IMG/VR virus record: IMGVR_UViG_3300023211_000126 | Span: 211-64,210 of that record | Source: a virus | Length of the DNA stretch: 64,000 nucleotides | Strand: one strand, 5' to 3' | Part shown: positions 26,683 to 35,463 of the stretch, one piece after another | Numbering within the stretch: position 1 is the first letter of the stretch | Layout of the letters: each line of letters starts with the position of its first letter | The notes under the pieces: generated by a model | What the model saw: only the letters and a program-made list of their open reading frames with translations | Databases searched by the model: none | Told to the model about the DNA's origin: nothing | Made by a program: the position numbers and the translations under genes

Positions 26683-28248
26683 ATGAGCGTTTCGAAAGCT
26701 ATCAAGCGCTGGCTGCCAAAGATCGGCGATATGGTGCTCGCGCGTGCAAAAGCTAAATCGCAGCTCAGCCCTGTAAATATCTTTGCACCTGCCCAGCATC
26801 CGCCAGGCGTCACCCCGCCGAAGGGCGCCAAGCTCGCGATGGATGAATATCCAGTATCTACGGCTGGGTGGGCATATAACAACATCGGCGCGAATATCAT
26901 CGAGGAAGGCCAAGGGTTCCTCGGTTACGCAGTCTTGGCGCAACTGTCTCAGCGCGCCGAATATCGCAGCATGGTCGAAATCCTGGCTATGTACATGACG
27001 AAGGAATGGATCAATCTCAAGACCAGCGGGAATGAAAGCAAGTCGGACAAGATTGCGACTATCGCTTCTGAGCTTGAACACCTGAAGATCAAGAAGGCGT
27101 TCCAAACCGTCGCCGAACAGGACGGCTATTTTGGTCGAGGCCATCTTTATCTCGACTTGGGTGAGACGACAGAAGAGGAACGAAAGAAATCGATCCTCGA
27201 CTCCAACGGGAAGGTCAGCGCAGCGAAAGTCGGCCGAGGCAGCTTTAAGCGCGTCAAGGCCATCGAAGCGGTCTGGGCTTATCCGATCCGCTACAATTCG
27301 ACCGATCCGTTTGCCGCCGACTGGTACAAGCCGCAGGCCTGGTATGTCATGGGCAAAGAGGTTCACGTCTCCCGCTTCCTGACGTTTATCGGGCGCGAGG
27401 TCTCCGACCTTCTGAAGCCAGCCTATTCGTTCGGCGGGCTGTCGTTGACACAAATGGCGCTGCCCTACGTAGACAACTGGCTGCGCACTAGGCAGAGCGT
27501 TTCTGACATCGTCCATGCCTTTTCCGTGATGGTGCTCTCGACCAATCTTTCGGAGGCGTTGCAGGCTGACGGCGAGCAGCTGTTTCGCAGAGTCGATCTT
27601 TTCAACGGCGTCCGCGATAACAAGGGTGTTCTTGTTCTCGATAAGGAAACTGAGGTTTTCCAGAACGTTTCGGCGCCGTTGAGCGGCCTCGATACGCTGT
27701 TATCCCAAAGCCAGGAACAGCTCTGTTCGGTTGCCGGCACCCCAGTCATCATCTTGCTGGGACTGTCTCCGCACGGGCTCAATGCTTCGTCTGAAGGTGA
27801 AATCAGAGCATTCTTCGACAGGATCAAAAGCCGCCAGGAGAGCCTTTTCCGCGATCCGTTGGAACGGCTGATCGATATCATTCAGCTGTCGAAGTTTGGC
27901 GAAGTCGATCCGGACATAACATTCGACTTCGTCGATCTTTGGTCGCTGGATGAAAAGGGTAGGGTAGATGTCGAAAAGACGAAGGCCGATTTGGCTCAGG
28001 TCTTGATTGATGCCGGCGTAATCGCGCCGGAAGAGGAGCGGTCCCGCCTCGCGAAAGATCCAGATTCCTTCTATCACGGGCTCAACATTGATGACGCGCC
28101 GGACCTGAAAGAAGAAGAGGAAGATGGACTGGAATTGCGCGGGGGCGCCGGCACTGGCGATGACGGTGGAGACGATGTTATAAGCGGGCTGTTTGATCGT
28201 TTGAGAAGCCCACGACATGACCGAAAAGAAGCCGGAGCTGAAGCCTGA
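26683..28248 (+). CDS. Portal protein (DUF1073-like)
   Basis: Position after terL; KPAYSFGGLSLTQ, LLGLSPHGLNASSEGE. Confidence 0.88.
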   Translation: MSVSKAIKRWLPKIGDMVLARAKAKSQLSPVNIFAPAQHPPGVTPPKGAKLAMDEYPVSTAGWAYNNIGANIIEEGQGFLGYAVLAQLSQRAEYRSMVEILAMYMTKEWINLKTSGNESKSDKIATIASELEHLKIKKAFQTVAEQDGYFGRGHLYLDLGETTEEERKKSILDSNGKVSAAKVGRGSFKRVKAIEAVWAYPIRYNSTDPFAADWYKPQAWYVMGKEVHVSRFLTFIGREVSDLLKPAYSFGGLSLTQMALPYVDNWLRTRQSVSDIVHAFSVMVLSTNLSEALQADGEQLFRRVDLFNGVRDNKGVLVLDKETEVFQNVSAPLSGLDTLLSQSQEQLCSVAGTPVIILLGLSPHGLNASSEGEIRAFFDRIKSRQESLFRDPLERLIDIIQLSKFGEVDPDITFDFVDLWSLDEKGRVDVEKTKADLAQVLIDAGVIAPEEERSRLAKDPDSFYHGLNIDDAPDLKEEEEDGLELRGGAGTGDDGGDDVISGLFDRLRSPRHDRKEAGAEA

Positions 28249-28528
28249 GGATTTCGAAACCGAGCCCGATGCCACTTATCGTGAGCGCATCTTGTTCTGG
28301 CTCAAGCAGGAAACGGCGGCAGCGCAGACCGCAGCAGGGAAAGTGCTTGATGAGATTGGCGACGGCATTGGCATGCCACGCAATCTCGAATTCAAAAACC
28401 AAGATGAAGATGGTGAGGATGACGATCTTGATGACGAAGAAGACAACAGTCTCATCAGCTTCGGCCCAAAAGAACTTCGCGCCTTTCTGAGATTGCAGAA
28501 GGAAGATGGCGGTCGCAAAAAAGGGTAA
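28217..28528 (+). CDS. Acidic hypothetical protein
   Basis: ORF bridging portal and minor head genes. Confidence 0.5.
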   Translation: MTEKKPELKPEDFETEPDATYRERILFWLKQETAAAQTAAGKVLDEIGDGIGMPRNLEFKNQDEDGEDDDLDDEEDNSLISFGPKELRAFLRLQKEDGGRKKG

Positions 28529-29312
28529 GGTGCTCCGGCCCGTGCATCCGAATGCCGGGTTGGAAATGCTTTTCCGGAACAAGCTGACATCTCTCATCGA
28601 GGAGATGCATAACAGCGTTATCTACTGGCTCGGTGCGGCTTATAAGCGAAACGAGCCGCTGATTGCCCAAGATGAGACGCCTGCAGGTCTATTGAGAAAG
28701 CTCATCCGCCGCTTGGTTCGGCGCTGGCAGAAACGCTTTAACGATATGGCACCAGAGCTTGCCGCTTATTACTCGCAGTCCGTCAAGGATCGCTCGGACG
28801 CCGCGTTGAAAAGCATTCTGAAGAAGGGTGGCCTCGCCGTCGAGTTCAAAATGACTGGCCCGATGCGCGACGTCATGAACGCAACGATCGGCGAGCAGGT
28901 CGGTTTGATCAAATCGATCCCGGCACAATACCTCGGCAAGGTCGAAGTGATCGTGATGCGCGGTGTCCAGACCGGGCGAGATCTCGGCCAGATCAGCAAG
29001 GACTTGCAGGAACAGCTTGGCGTCACCAAGCGCCGCGCCGCGTTTATCGCACGGGACCAGTCGAACAAGGCGACGGCCTCGATGGCACGGGTCAGGCAGA
29101 TCGAGATAGCTGGGCCAGAAGCAGAAGCGATCTGGATTCATAGTGGCGGTGGCACGCATCCGAGACCAACGCACCTGAAGGCGGGAAGGGACAAGTCCCG
29201 CTACAAGGTCAAAGAAGGCTGGTACGACCCAGCCGAGCAGAAGCACATCCTGCCTGGCGAGTTGATCAACTGCCGATGCGTCTCCGGGCTTTATGTGCCG
29301 GGGTTTAGTTGA
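28506..29312 (+). CDS. Minor head morphogenesis protein (Mu F / SPP1 gp7-like)
   Basis: RAAFIARDQSNK...W.HS...R.TH...PGELINCRC. Confidence 0.88.
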   Translation: MAVAKKGKVLRPVHPNAGLEMLFRNKLTSLIEEMHNSVIYWLGAAYKRNEPLIAQDETPAGLLRKLIRRLVRRWQKRFNDMAPELAAYYSQSVKDRSDAALKSILKKGGLAVEFKMTGPMRDVMNATIGEQVGLIKSIPAQYLGKVEVIVMRGVQTGRDLGQISKDLQEQLGVTKRRAAFIARDQSNKATASMARVRQIEIAGPEAEAIWIHSGGGTHPRPTHLKAGRDKSRYKVKEGWYDPAEQKHILPGELINCRCVSGLYVPGFS

Positions 29313-29337
29313 AGCCGAGCCCAATCTTTTAAATGCG

Positions 29338-29361
29338 AGCCGCCTCAGGGGCGGCTTTTTT
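29338..29361 (+). terminator. Intrinsic terminator inside head operon
   Basis: AGCCGCC-tcagg-GGCGGCT followed by T run. Confidence 0.7.
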
Positions 29362-29374
29362 AATGGGAAATCGG

Positions 29375-30766
29375 ATGCTCCAAAATCAGGCGTTAGCTCT
29401 TGATCGCTCTGCGGTCGAAGAGTCGATCCGACGCAAGGACGAGGACGGTCATCTTCATGTCAGCCTGACACCGATCTCAAAGGCCAATGTCTGCGGATAT
29501 TTCGGGCGCGAGATCCCCGACTGGCAAGAACTCGGTCTAGATGCGGATCGTATATACCAGCTTTATCGTGATCCGGAAGAGCTTGAGAAGGCGGTTGCAA
29601 CCTTCAATGGAAAGCCGCTGCTCTTCGGGCACAATCCTGTCAGCGCCGATGCTCATGACCATGAGCGCACGGTGGGCTCCGTAACGGCTCCGATCTGGGA
29701 AGCGCCTTACATCAAGGCGGCTTTAGATATCTGGTCTGGCCCGGCAATCAAGGCGATTGAATCAGGAGAACAGAAGGAACTGTCGAGCGGTTATCGATAC
29801 CGCGCTGACATGACGCCGGGCACAACACCAGATGGTGTCCGTTTCGATGGCGTGATGCGAGACATCAGTGCCAATCACGTAGCTCTCGTCCCGGAAGGCC
29901 GGGCAGGGAAGGATGTTGTCGTTGGTGACAGCGCGCTCCGCAAACTAGAGGATATATTTTCCATGCCCAAGCAGACTCTTGCGGGCGCGGCGGTTTTCGG
30001 CGCGCTCATGACTTACCTGCGTCCGAAAATGGCGGCAGATGCCAAGATCGACCTGACGCCGATCCTGGCTGATCTCACGAAGAAGAATTTCTCGATCAAG
30101 AAGCCCGTCGTTATCGATGGGCTGAAAAAAGCTCTGACAGGAAAATTGGCGCAAGACGCTGACCTTGAAGGTATCGCCGAAGTTCTCGAGGCCGTGGCAC
30201 CACTGCTTCAGGAAGAGATGGACGAAACGGTTGTCGCCGCCGATGACGAGGATGCAGACCTCAAGGCCGCTCTCAAAGCCAAGGGTTATTCCGACGAAGA
30301 GATTGCAAAGATCTGCTCGAAGGTGAACTCCGCTCCTGCCGTCGACGAGGACGATCCCGAAAAGAAGGAAATGGCCGATAAGCTCAAGGCTATGGATGCC
30401 AAGCTGCGGGAAGCGACCAAGGGCATGGTGACGACGGATGCCATGGATGCATCGATCAAGGCTGCAGTTGACGCCGCACGGAAAAACGAGCGCGAGATCA
30501 GCGAAGCCCTTCGGGAAGTCGCTAAGAGCCGCGTCGGCGAGTTGCATGGTGCTTTCGATAGCGCGCCTGATGTCTACAAGGCCGCTGCCAAGCAGCTCGG
30601 CGCCAATGTCGACGATGTCCATCCATCGGCCTTCAAGGTCATCTGGGAAACCGTTTCGAAGTCCACGGCGCGGTCCGAGGCCTCGCCCGCCATCGTTGCT
30701 CAGGATGCGGCGGCGAAGAAGGACTACGAGACGCGCTTTCCTCACGCCAATCGCCTGAAGCACTAA
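29375..30766 (+). CDS. Head maturation protease/scaffold (DUF2213-like)
   Basis: ISKANVCGY.GREIP...ELSSGY...NHVALV..GRAG.DV. Confidence 0.88.
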   Translation: MLQNQALALDRSAVEESIRRKDEDGHLHVSLTPISKANVCGYFGREIPDWQELGLDADRIYQLYRDPEELEKAVATFNGKPLLFGHNPVSADAHDHERTVGSVTAPIWEAPYIKAALDIWSGPAIKAIESGEQKELSSGYRYRADMTPGTTPDGVRFDGVMRDISANHVALVPEGRAGKDVVVGDSALRKLEDIFSMPKQTLAGAAVFGALMTYLRPKMAADAKIDLTPILADLTKKNFSIKKPVVIDGLKKALTGKLAQDADLEGIAEVLEAVAPLLQEEMDETVVAADDEDADLKAALKAKGYSDEEIAKICSKVNSAPAVDEDDPEKKEMADKLKAMDAKLREATKGMVTTDAMDASIKAAVDAARKNEREISEALREVAKSRVGELHGAFDSAPDVYKAAAKQLGANVDDVHPSAFKVIWETVSKSTARSEASPAIVAQDAAAKKDYETRFPHANRLKH

Positions 30767-30779
30767 GGAGGCAACTGCG

Positions 30780-31277
30780 ATGCCGTTTCAGCAAACCGTC
30801 AATATTACGCAGGCTCCTGCCGTTGAAGGCCAGCTTGCCAGCGTTTCAACGTCGCGGCACTCGGTTGTCACGCCGGCCGAAGGTACCTGGGTCGCTGGCA
30901 CAGGCGGCGTCACCCTCGGCCGCTTCGTCTGGCCGGATACGACTAATGGCACGACGCTGCTCAATGCGGGCACCGGCGCACCACGCGGGATCGTCGCCAA
31001 TGTCCTCGATGCGTTGATCACCACGTATCTCGGTGAAGCCGGCATGGGGATTCCAGCAGGCATGCCCGTCGGCAACGTCTTCGACGAATGCGACATCTGG
31101 GTGAAGAATACCGGATCTGGCGCCGTCACCGTCGGCATGAAGGCCTTCGCCAGCAACACGACCGGACAGGCCCAGTTCGCGGCAGCAGGCGCAACCGTCG
31201 CCGGTTATACGGAATCGAATTTCTTCGCAGACTCTCCCGGCGCCGCTGGCGAGCTCATCAAAATCTCCACGCGTTAA
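30780..31277 (+). CDS. Capsid decoration protein
   Basis: MPFQQTVN..QAPAVEG; located between protease and major capsid genes. Confidence 0.75.
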   Translation: MPFQQTVNITQAPAVEGQLASVSTSRHSVVTPAEGTWVAGTGGVTLGRFVWPDTTNGTTLLNAGTGAPRGIVANVLDALITTYLGEAGMGIPAGMPVGNVFDECDIWVKNTGSGAVTVGMKAFASNTTGQAQFAAAGATVAGYTESNFFADSPGAAGELIKISTR

Positions 31278-31305
31278 TCGCTGGGCTCAAAAGGAGATCA
31301 AATCT

Positions 31306-32349
31306 ATGCCTTTGCGCAATCCTGATTTTGCCCGACACGAACGTGACTGGGGCATCCACCTCATGGCCAATGATTATTTGCCCGATGAATATAAGGGCAA
31401 TTTCTCGATGGCGATGGACGCGCAGCCCGCGCTCATCTCGACGGCAAGCGGCGGTATCCCGTTCTGGATGACGAACTATGTCGATCCGGAAGTGATCCGT
31501 GTCCTTCAGGCGCCAAACGCCGGCGCCGAGATCCTCGGCGAACGCAAGGTCGGCGACTGGACTACGCAGACGGCAACCTTCGTCCTGAGCGAAAATACCG
31601 GCCAGGTTGCCAGCTATGGCGACACCAGCACGAACGGCCGCTCTGATGCCAACGTCAATTTCCCTCAGCGGCAGTCGTATCTCTTCCAGACGGTCATCGA
31701 ATATGGCGATCTGCAGGTCGATCGGGCCGGTGAAGCGCGCCTGTCATGGATTTCCGAAGTGCAGACATCGGGTGCCATGACGGTCGAGAAATTCCGCGAT
31801 TACACCTATCATTTCGGCGTCACGGGCCTTCAGAACTACGGAATGCTGAATGATCCGGCACTTTCCACCGCGCTTACTCCGGCAACGAAGTCGGCGGGTG
31901 GCACGGCGTGGATCGTCTCCGGCCATATCAACGCGACTGCTCTCGAGGTCTTTGCCGATATTCAGGCGCTGTACGTCCAGCTCCTTTCCCAGACCAACGG
32001 CCGCGTGCAGCTCACGGACCCGATGACGCTGGCGGTGCCTGTCGCATCGCAACTCGCATTGACGGATACGTCGACCTACAACGTCAACGTGATGGACATG
32101 CTGGCGAAGAACTTTCCACGCCTTAAGGTCAAGGCCGATCCGCGTTATGCCACGGCCGCTGGCAATGTTGTGCAGCTCATTGCCGATAAGTTCGACGGCA
32201 AGGACGTGGCCTTTTGCGGTTTCAACGAGAAACTGCGCGATCACGCGCCCCGCCGTCGGCTCTCATCGTGGGAGCAAAAGAAGACGGGCGGAACATGGGG
32301 AGCTGTCATTCGCTACCCGGCCGCAATTTCTCAGATGCTCGGAGTTTAA
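31306..32349 (+). CDS. Major capsid protein (DUF2184-like)
   Basis: AMDAQPAL...GDWTT...YGD...RQSYLFQT...YGMLNDPAL; AAGGAG RBS. Confidence 0.88.
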   Translation: MPLRNPDFARHERDWGIHLMANDYLPDEYKGNFSMAMDAQPALISTASGGIPFWMTNYVDPEVIRVLQAPNAGAEILGERKVGDWTTQTATFVLSENTGQVASYGDTSTNGRSDANVNFPQRQSYLFQTVIEYGDLQVDRAGEARLSWISEVQTSGAMTVEKFRDYTYHFGVTGLQNYGMLNDPALSTALTPATKSAGGTAWIVSGHINATALEVFADIQALYVQLLSQTNGRVQLTDPMTLAVPVASQLALTDTSTYNVNVMDMLAKNFPRLKVKADPRYATAAGNVVQLIADKFDGKDVAFCGFNEKLRDHAPRRRLSSWEQKKTGGTWGAVIRYPAAISQMLGV

Positions 32350-32353
32350 AGCA

Positions 32354-32785
32354 ATGGCAGGGAGCCAGACAATCATAACGGTCGGTTGCAAGTACCCGCA
32401 TGGCATCCGGATCTTTGAAGAGAAGCCGGTCAAGGCCATTCGCGAGATGCGTGGCGGCTCACGCGAAGTGACCGAATGGCACAAGACCGGCAAGTACGTC
32501 GATCTCAAAGGCACGGCATACCATGTGGATCAGCCGCGCCCGATTCTTTCGCCCGATGGCTATGCTCTGACGTCCGGCGTCGACGCCGAGTTCTTCAATG
32601 CATGGATGGAAGCGCATAAGAATGACGATTTCGTCACGAGTGGTGCGATTGCCAAGATCGATCAGAACGGCAAGGTCGAAGGAGCGGCCAGAGACGTGAG
32701 AGGACAGAAAACTGGCTTTGAGCCGGTGGATCCAAAAAACCTCCCGGCCGAATTCAGCGGCAATATTGAGACGGCAGAGGTTTAA
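32354..32785 (+). CDS. Virion-associated hypothetical protein
   Basis: VGCKYPHGI...GYALT.GVDAEFF.AW. Confidence 0.7.
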   Translation: MAGSQTIITVGCKYPHGIRIFEEKPVKAIREMRGGSREVTEWHKTGKYVDLKGTAYHVDQPRPILSPDGYALTSGVDAEFFNAWMEAHKNDDFVTSGAIAKIDQNGKVEGAARDVRGQKTGFEPVDPKNLPAEFSGNIETAEV

Positions 32786-33219
32786 TGGCTGATCCCGTCA
32801 CTTTCGTCTATGCCGATTGGATCGTTGCCTATCCGGAGTTTTCGACCATTCCGGAGGCCACGGCCGAAAGCTATTTCGATATGGCGACGGGGTTTCTGCG
32901 CAACGATGGAACGAGTCCTGTTTCGTCGACATCGACGCAGACGACGCTTCTCTATCTGCTGACCGCGCATATCGCGAAGCTGTTCGGTACCGTCAACGGT
33001 CAGGCTGCGAGCGATCTGGTAGGGCGCATTTCATCGGCTACGGAGGGCAGTGTTTCGGTATCGGTTGATTTGCCGCAGCTTCCGCAATCAGCCGCATGGT
33101 TCTCGCAGACGAAATACGGCCTCATGTTCTGGCAGATGACCGCAGCCTATAGGACGGCGCGATATGTGCCGGGACCTCAACGAGTGTTCAACCCGATGGG
33201 AATGTTTTGGCGAAGATGA
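32785..33219 (+). CDS. Head-tail connector (DUF4054-like)
   Basis: YPEFS...LLYLLTAHIA...GRISSATEGSVSVS...QTKYG..FW. Confidence 0.85.
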   Translation: MADPVTFVYADWIVAYPEFSTIPEATAESYFDMATGFLRNDGTSPVSSTSTQTTLLYLLTAHIAKLFGTVNGQAASDLVGRISSATEGSVSVSVDLPQLPQSAAWFSQTKYGLMFWQMTAAYRTARYVPGPQRVFNPMGMFWRR

Positions 33220-33239
33220 TAACCGATAGGATCACTTCA

Positions 33240-33623
33240 ATGAAAAAGACTTTTCTTGTTTTTGCGGCATTGCTTGCCATGTCGAGCGTTTCCGCATTTG
33301 CGCAGTGCGCCGGGCTTACAGTCAATCAAGCGGGATTTACTCCGACAGGTGAAGCAATCTTATCTGCGGGGACATCTTCTTCTTCTATCGCTCTCGGATC
33401 GAATAATGCGAGCACGCCTGCAGCGACGAAGGCGATCATTGCTAATATAAGCGAGGTTATCATTTTTGTGTCATTAGGTGACGCCAGCATCACAACGTCT
33501 TCGACAACGGGGTTCCCAATCATGCCGGGGACTAGTGTGGTACTGGCAACCAATTCATCGACTTATATCGCGGCAGCATCGTTATCCGGCGTTAATACGA
33601 TCCGAATTAGCACAGGGTACTGA
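33240..33623 (+). CDS. Beta-rich protein with signal-peptide-like N-terminus (paralog A)
   Basis: MKKTFLVFAALLAMSSVSAFA; aligns by eye with next gene. Confidence 0.7.
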   Translation: MKKTFLVFAALLAMSSVSAFAQCAGLTVNQAGFTPTGEAILSAGTSSSSIALGSNNASTPAATKAIIANISEVIIFVSLGDASITTSSTTGFPIMPGTSVVLATNSSTYIAAASLSGVNTIRISTGY

Positions 33624-33624
33624 A

Positions 33625-33912
33625 ATGGCCATTGCTAGTTTTGCTCCCGCCGCCAGTGCATTTTTAGGCGTAGCCACGTCATCGGCATCGGTTGCCCTTC
33701 CTGGCAGTGGTCAAACTACAGCTGTCATTGCCAATATCGGTGAAAAGACTGCATTTGTCTTACTGGGAAATGCCTCGGTATCGGCATCTTACCAGACTGC
33801 GATGGCAATTCTTCCAAACTCGTCGGTTGCTCTAGCGATTGGAAGCAATACATACCTCGCAGCTGTGACGCTGGCTGGTGCGACGGGCCTGAACATCACG
33901 ACCGGGACTTAA
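33625..33912 (+). CDS. Beta-rich protein (paralog B, no signal peptide)
   Basis: MAIASFAP...AVIANIG...FVLLGNASV...SNTYLAA...ITTG. Confidence 0.7.
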   Translation: MAIASFAPAASAFLGVATSSASVALPGSGQTTAVIANIGEKTAFVLLGNASVSASYQTAMAILPNSSVALAIGSNTYLAAVTLAGATGLNITTGT

Positions 33913-33914
33913 TC

Positions 33915-34370
33915 GTGGCGGCGATAACGATCAAGGGCGGGGACAAGCTCGCGGCGCGTCTATCGGAGATTGCCAGGGCTCTGAGAACTCCGGCACGTCT
34001 AAAGGTCGGCTTCATGGAGAATGCGACCTACCCTGATGGAACGCTTGTCGCGATGGTGGCCGCCATTCAAGAGTTCGGATCTCCGTCTAACAACATTCCT
34101 CCTCGCCCGTTCTTTCGTAACATGGTTTCTGATAAATCCGGAGAATGGCCGGATGCTATCGCTGCTTTGCTGAAGACTCACAACTATGATGCTGTTTCTG
34201 TGCTCAATCTCACCGGCGGCGCGATCTCAGGACAGCTGCAGGCGAGTATTGCGAATTTCGATAGCGTTCCGTTGAAGCCTTCTACGGTCAAGGCAAAGGG
34301 CTTCGATAAGCAGCTTGTCGACACTGGCAACATGATGAAAAGCGTCACCTTCATTGTCGACGGCGGTTAA
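33915..34370 (+). CDS. Neck / virion morphogenesis protein
   Basis: VAAIQEFG...IPPRPFFR...KGFDKQLVDTG. Confidence 0.8.
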   Translation: MAAITIKGGDKLAARLSEIARALRTPARLKVGFMENATYPDGTLVAMVAAIQEFGSPSNNIPPRPFFRNMVSDKSGEWPDAIAALLKTHNYDAVSVLNLTGGAISGQLQASIANFDSVPLKPSTVKAKGFDKQLVDTGNMMKSVTFIVDGG

Positions 34371-34381
34371 GTGAGTAAGCG

Positions 34382-34753
34382 ATGAATCTGCACGGCATCG
34401 TTTCCAATGCAATCGCGACGGTCAATCCTTTCAGACAGGTCGTGATCTCGATCAATACGGGATCGACGACCGATGCCAGCGGCAAGCGGCAACCGACGTA
34501 TGCCGATCCTCAGCCCGCAATGGGCCAGATCCAGGCACTTACACAGAATGACATTTTTCAGCTCGATGGGATGAATATTCAGGGCGTCCATTCGAAGATG
34601 TACATCCAAGGGAATATCAGCGGTCTCGTGCGCGTCGATCGGAAGGGCGGCGATATCGTCCAGACCTCCGATGGAAAGATGTGGATGGTCAGCGCGGTCT
34701 TGGAGGCGTGGCCTGACTGGTGTGCCGTCGCGCTCATCCTGCAAGATAATTGA
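34382..34753 (+). CDS. Head-closure / neck protein
   Basis: MNLHGIV...QIQALT...GGD...W.V..VLE.WPDW. Confidence 0.78.
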   Translation: MNLHGIVSNAIATVNPFRQVVISINTGSTTDASGKRQPTYADPQPAMGQIQALTQNDIFQLDGMNIQGVHSKMYIQGNISGLVRVDRKGGDIVQTSDGKMWMVSAVLEAWPDWCAVALILQDN

Positions 34754-35463
34754 TGGCCGCTTTAACTGTTTCCCCAACGCAGATCGAAATTCAGATCGCT
34801 CTGCGGAGCTTTCTCTTATCCGTTCTGCCGTCAGAAGTCGAAGTCGTCGAAGGTAATGACAACGATGTGGCCGAGCCCAGCGGAAGCGCGTTCGTCATCA
34901 TGACGACGTTGCGGCGCGAGCGCATGGCGACGAATATTGGAGCCCTGTTGGACACAACGTTCATCGGCTCGATCGCGGATACGGTGCTGACGGTGTCAGA
35001 GATGGAAACCGGAGCGCTCTATGTCGGCGATCAGATCTTCGGTATTGGCGTGGCGCGGCCGACCACCATCACCGCCGAAGGGGCGGCAAATTCCTACACG
35101 GTTTCGCCGGGCCAAGCCATTGGCTCGCAGCAGATGTCGGCCGGCAAGCAGCTCATCACGCAGAAAACAAAGGTAACGATACAGCTCGATTTTCACAGCG
35201 CCGATGTTTCGACGTCCGCTGATATGGCGCAGGTTGTATCGACGCTTTTGCGCGATCCTTATGCCATCGAGCAGTTCAGAGCTTCTGGCTATGACGTGAC
35301 GCCGCTCTACGCGGATGATCCCCGCCAGATGGCATTCTCCAATGCCGAAAACCAATTCGAGACGCGGTACATGGTCGAAGCCGTGTTCCAGGTCAATCAG
35401 ACCGTCATCGTCCCGCAAGAGTTCATGTCAACAGCGGTTCCGGCCGTAATAAGGGTTCCCTGA
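34753..35463 (+). CDS. Tail terminator-like protein with inserted beta domain
   Basis: Position before sheath; PLYADDPRQM.F.NAENQ.E.R. Confidence 0.72.
   Translation: MAALTVSPTQIEIQIALRSFLLSVLPSEVEVVEGNDNDVAEPSGSAFVIMTTLRRERMATNIGALLDTTFIGSIADTVLTVSEMETGALYVGDQIFGIGVARPTTITAEGAANSYTVSPGQAIGSQQMSAGKQLITQKTKVTIQLDFHSADVSTSADMAQVVSTLLRDPYAIEQFRASGYDVTPLYADDPRQMAFSNAENQFETRYMVEAVFQVNQTVIVPQEFMSTAVPAVIRVP

Noticed and set aside
26323-30763. Long minus-strand ORFs (26323-27516, 28689-29324, 29945-30763)
   Set aside because: Antisense shadows of high-GC structural genes.
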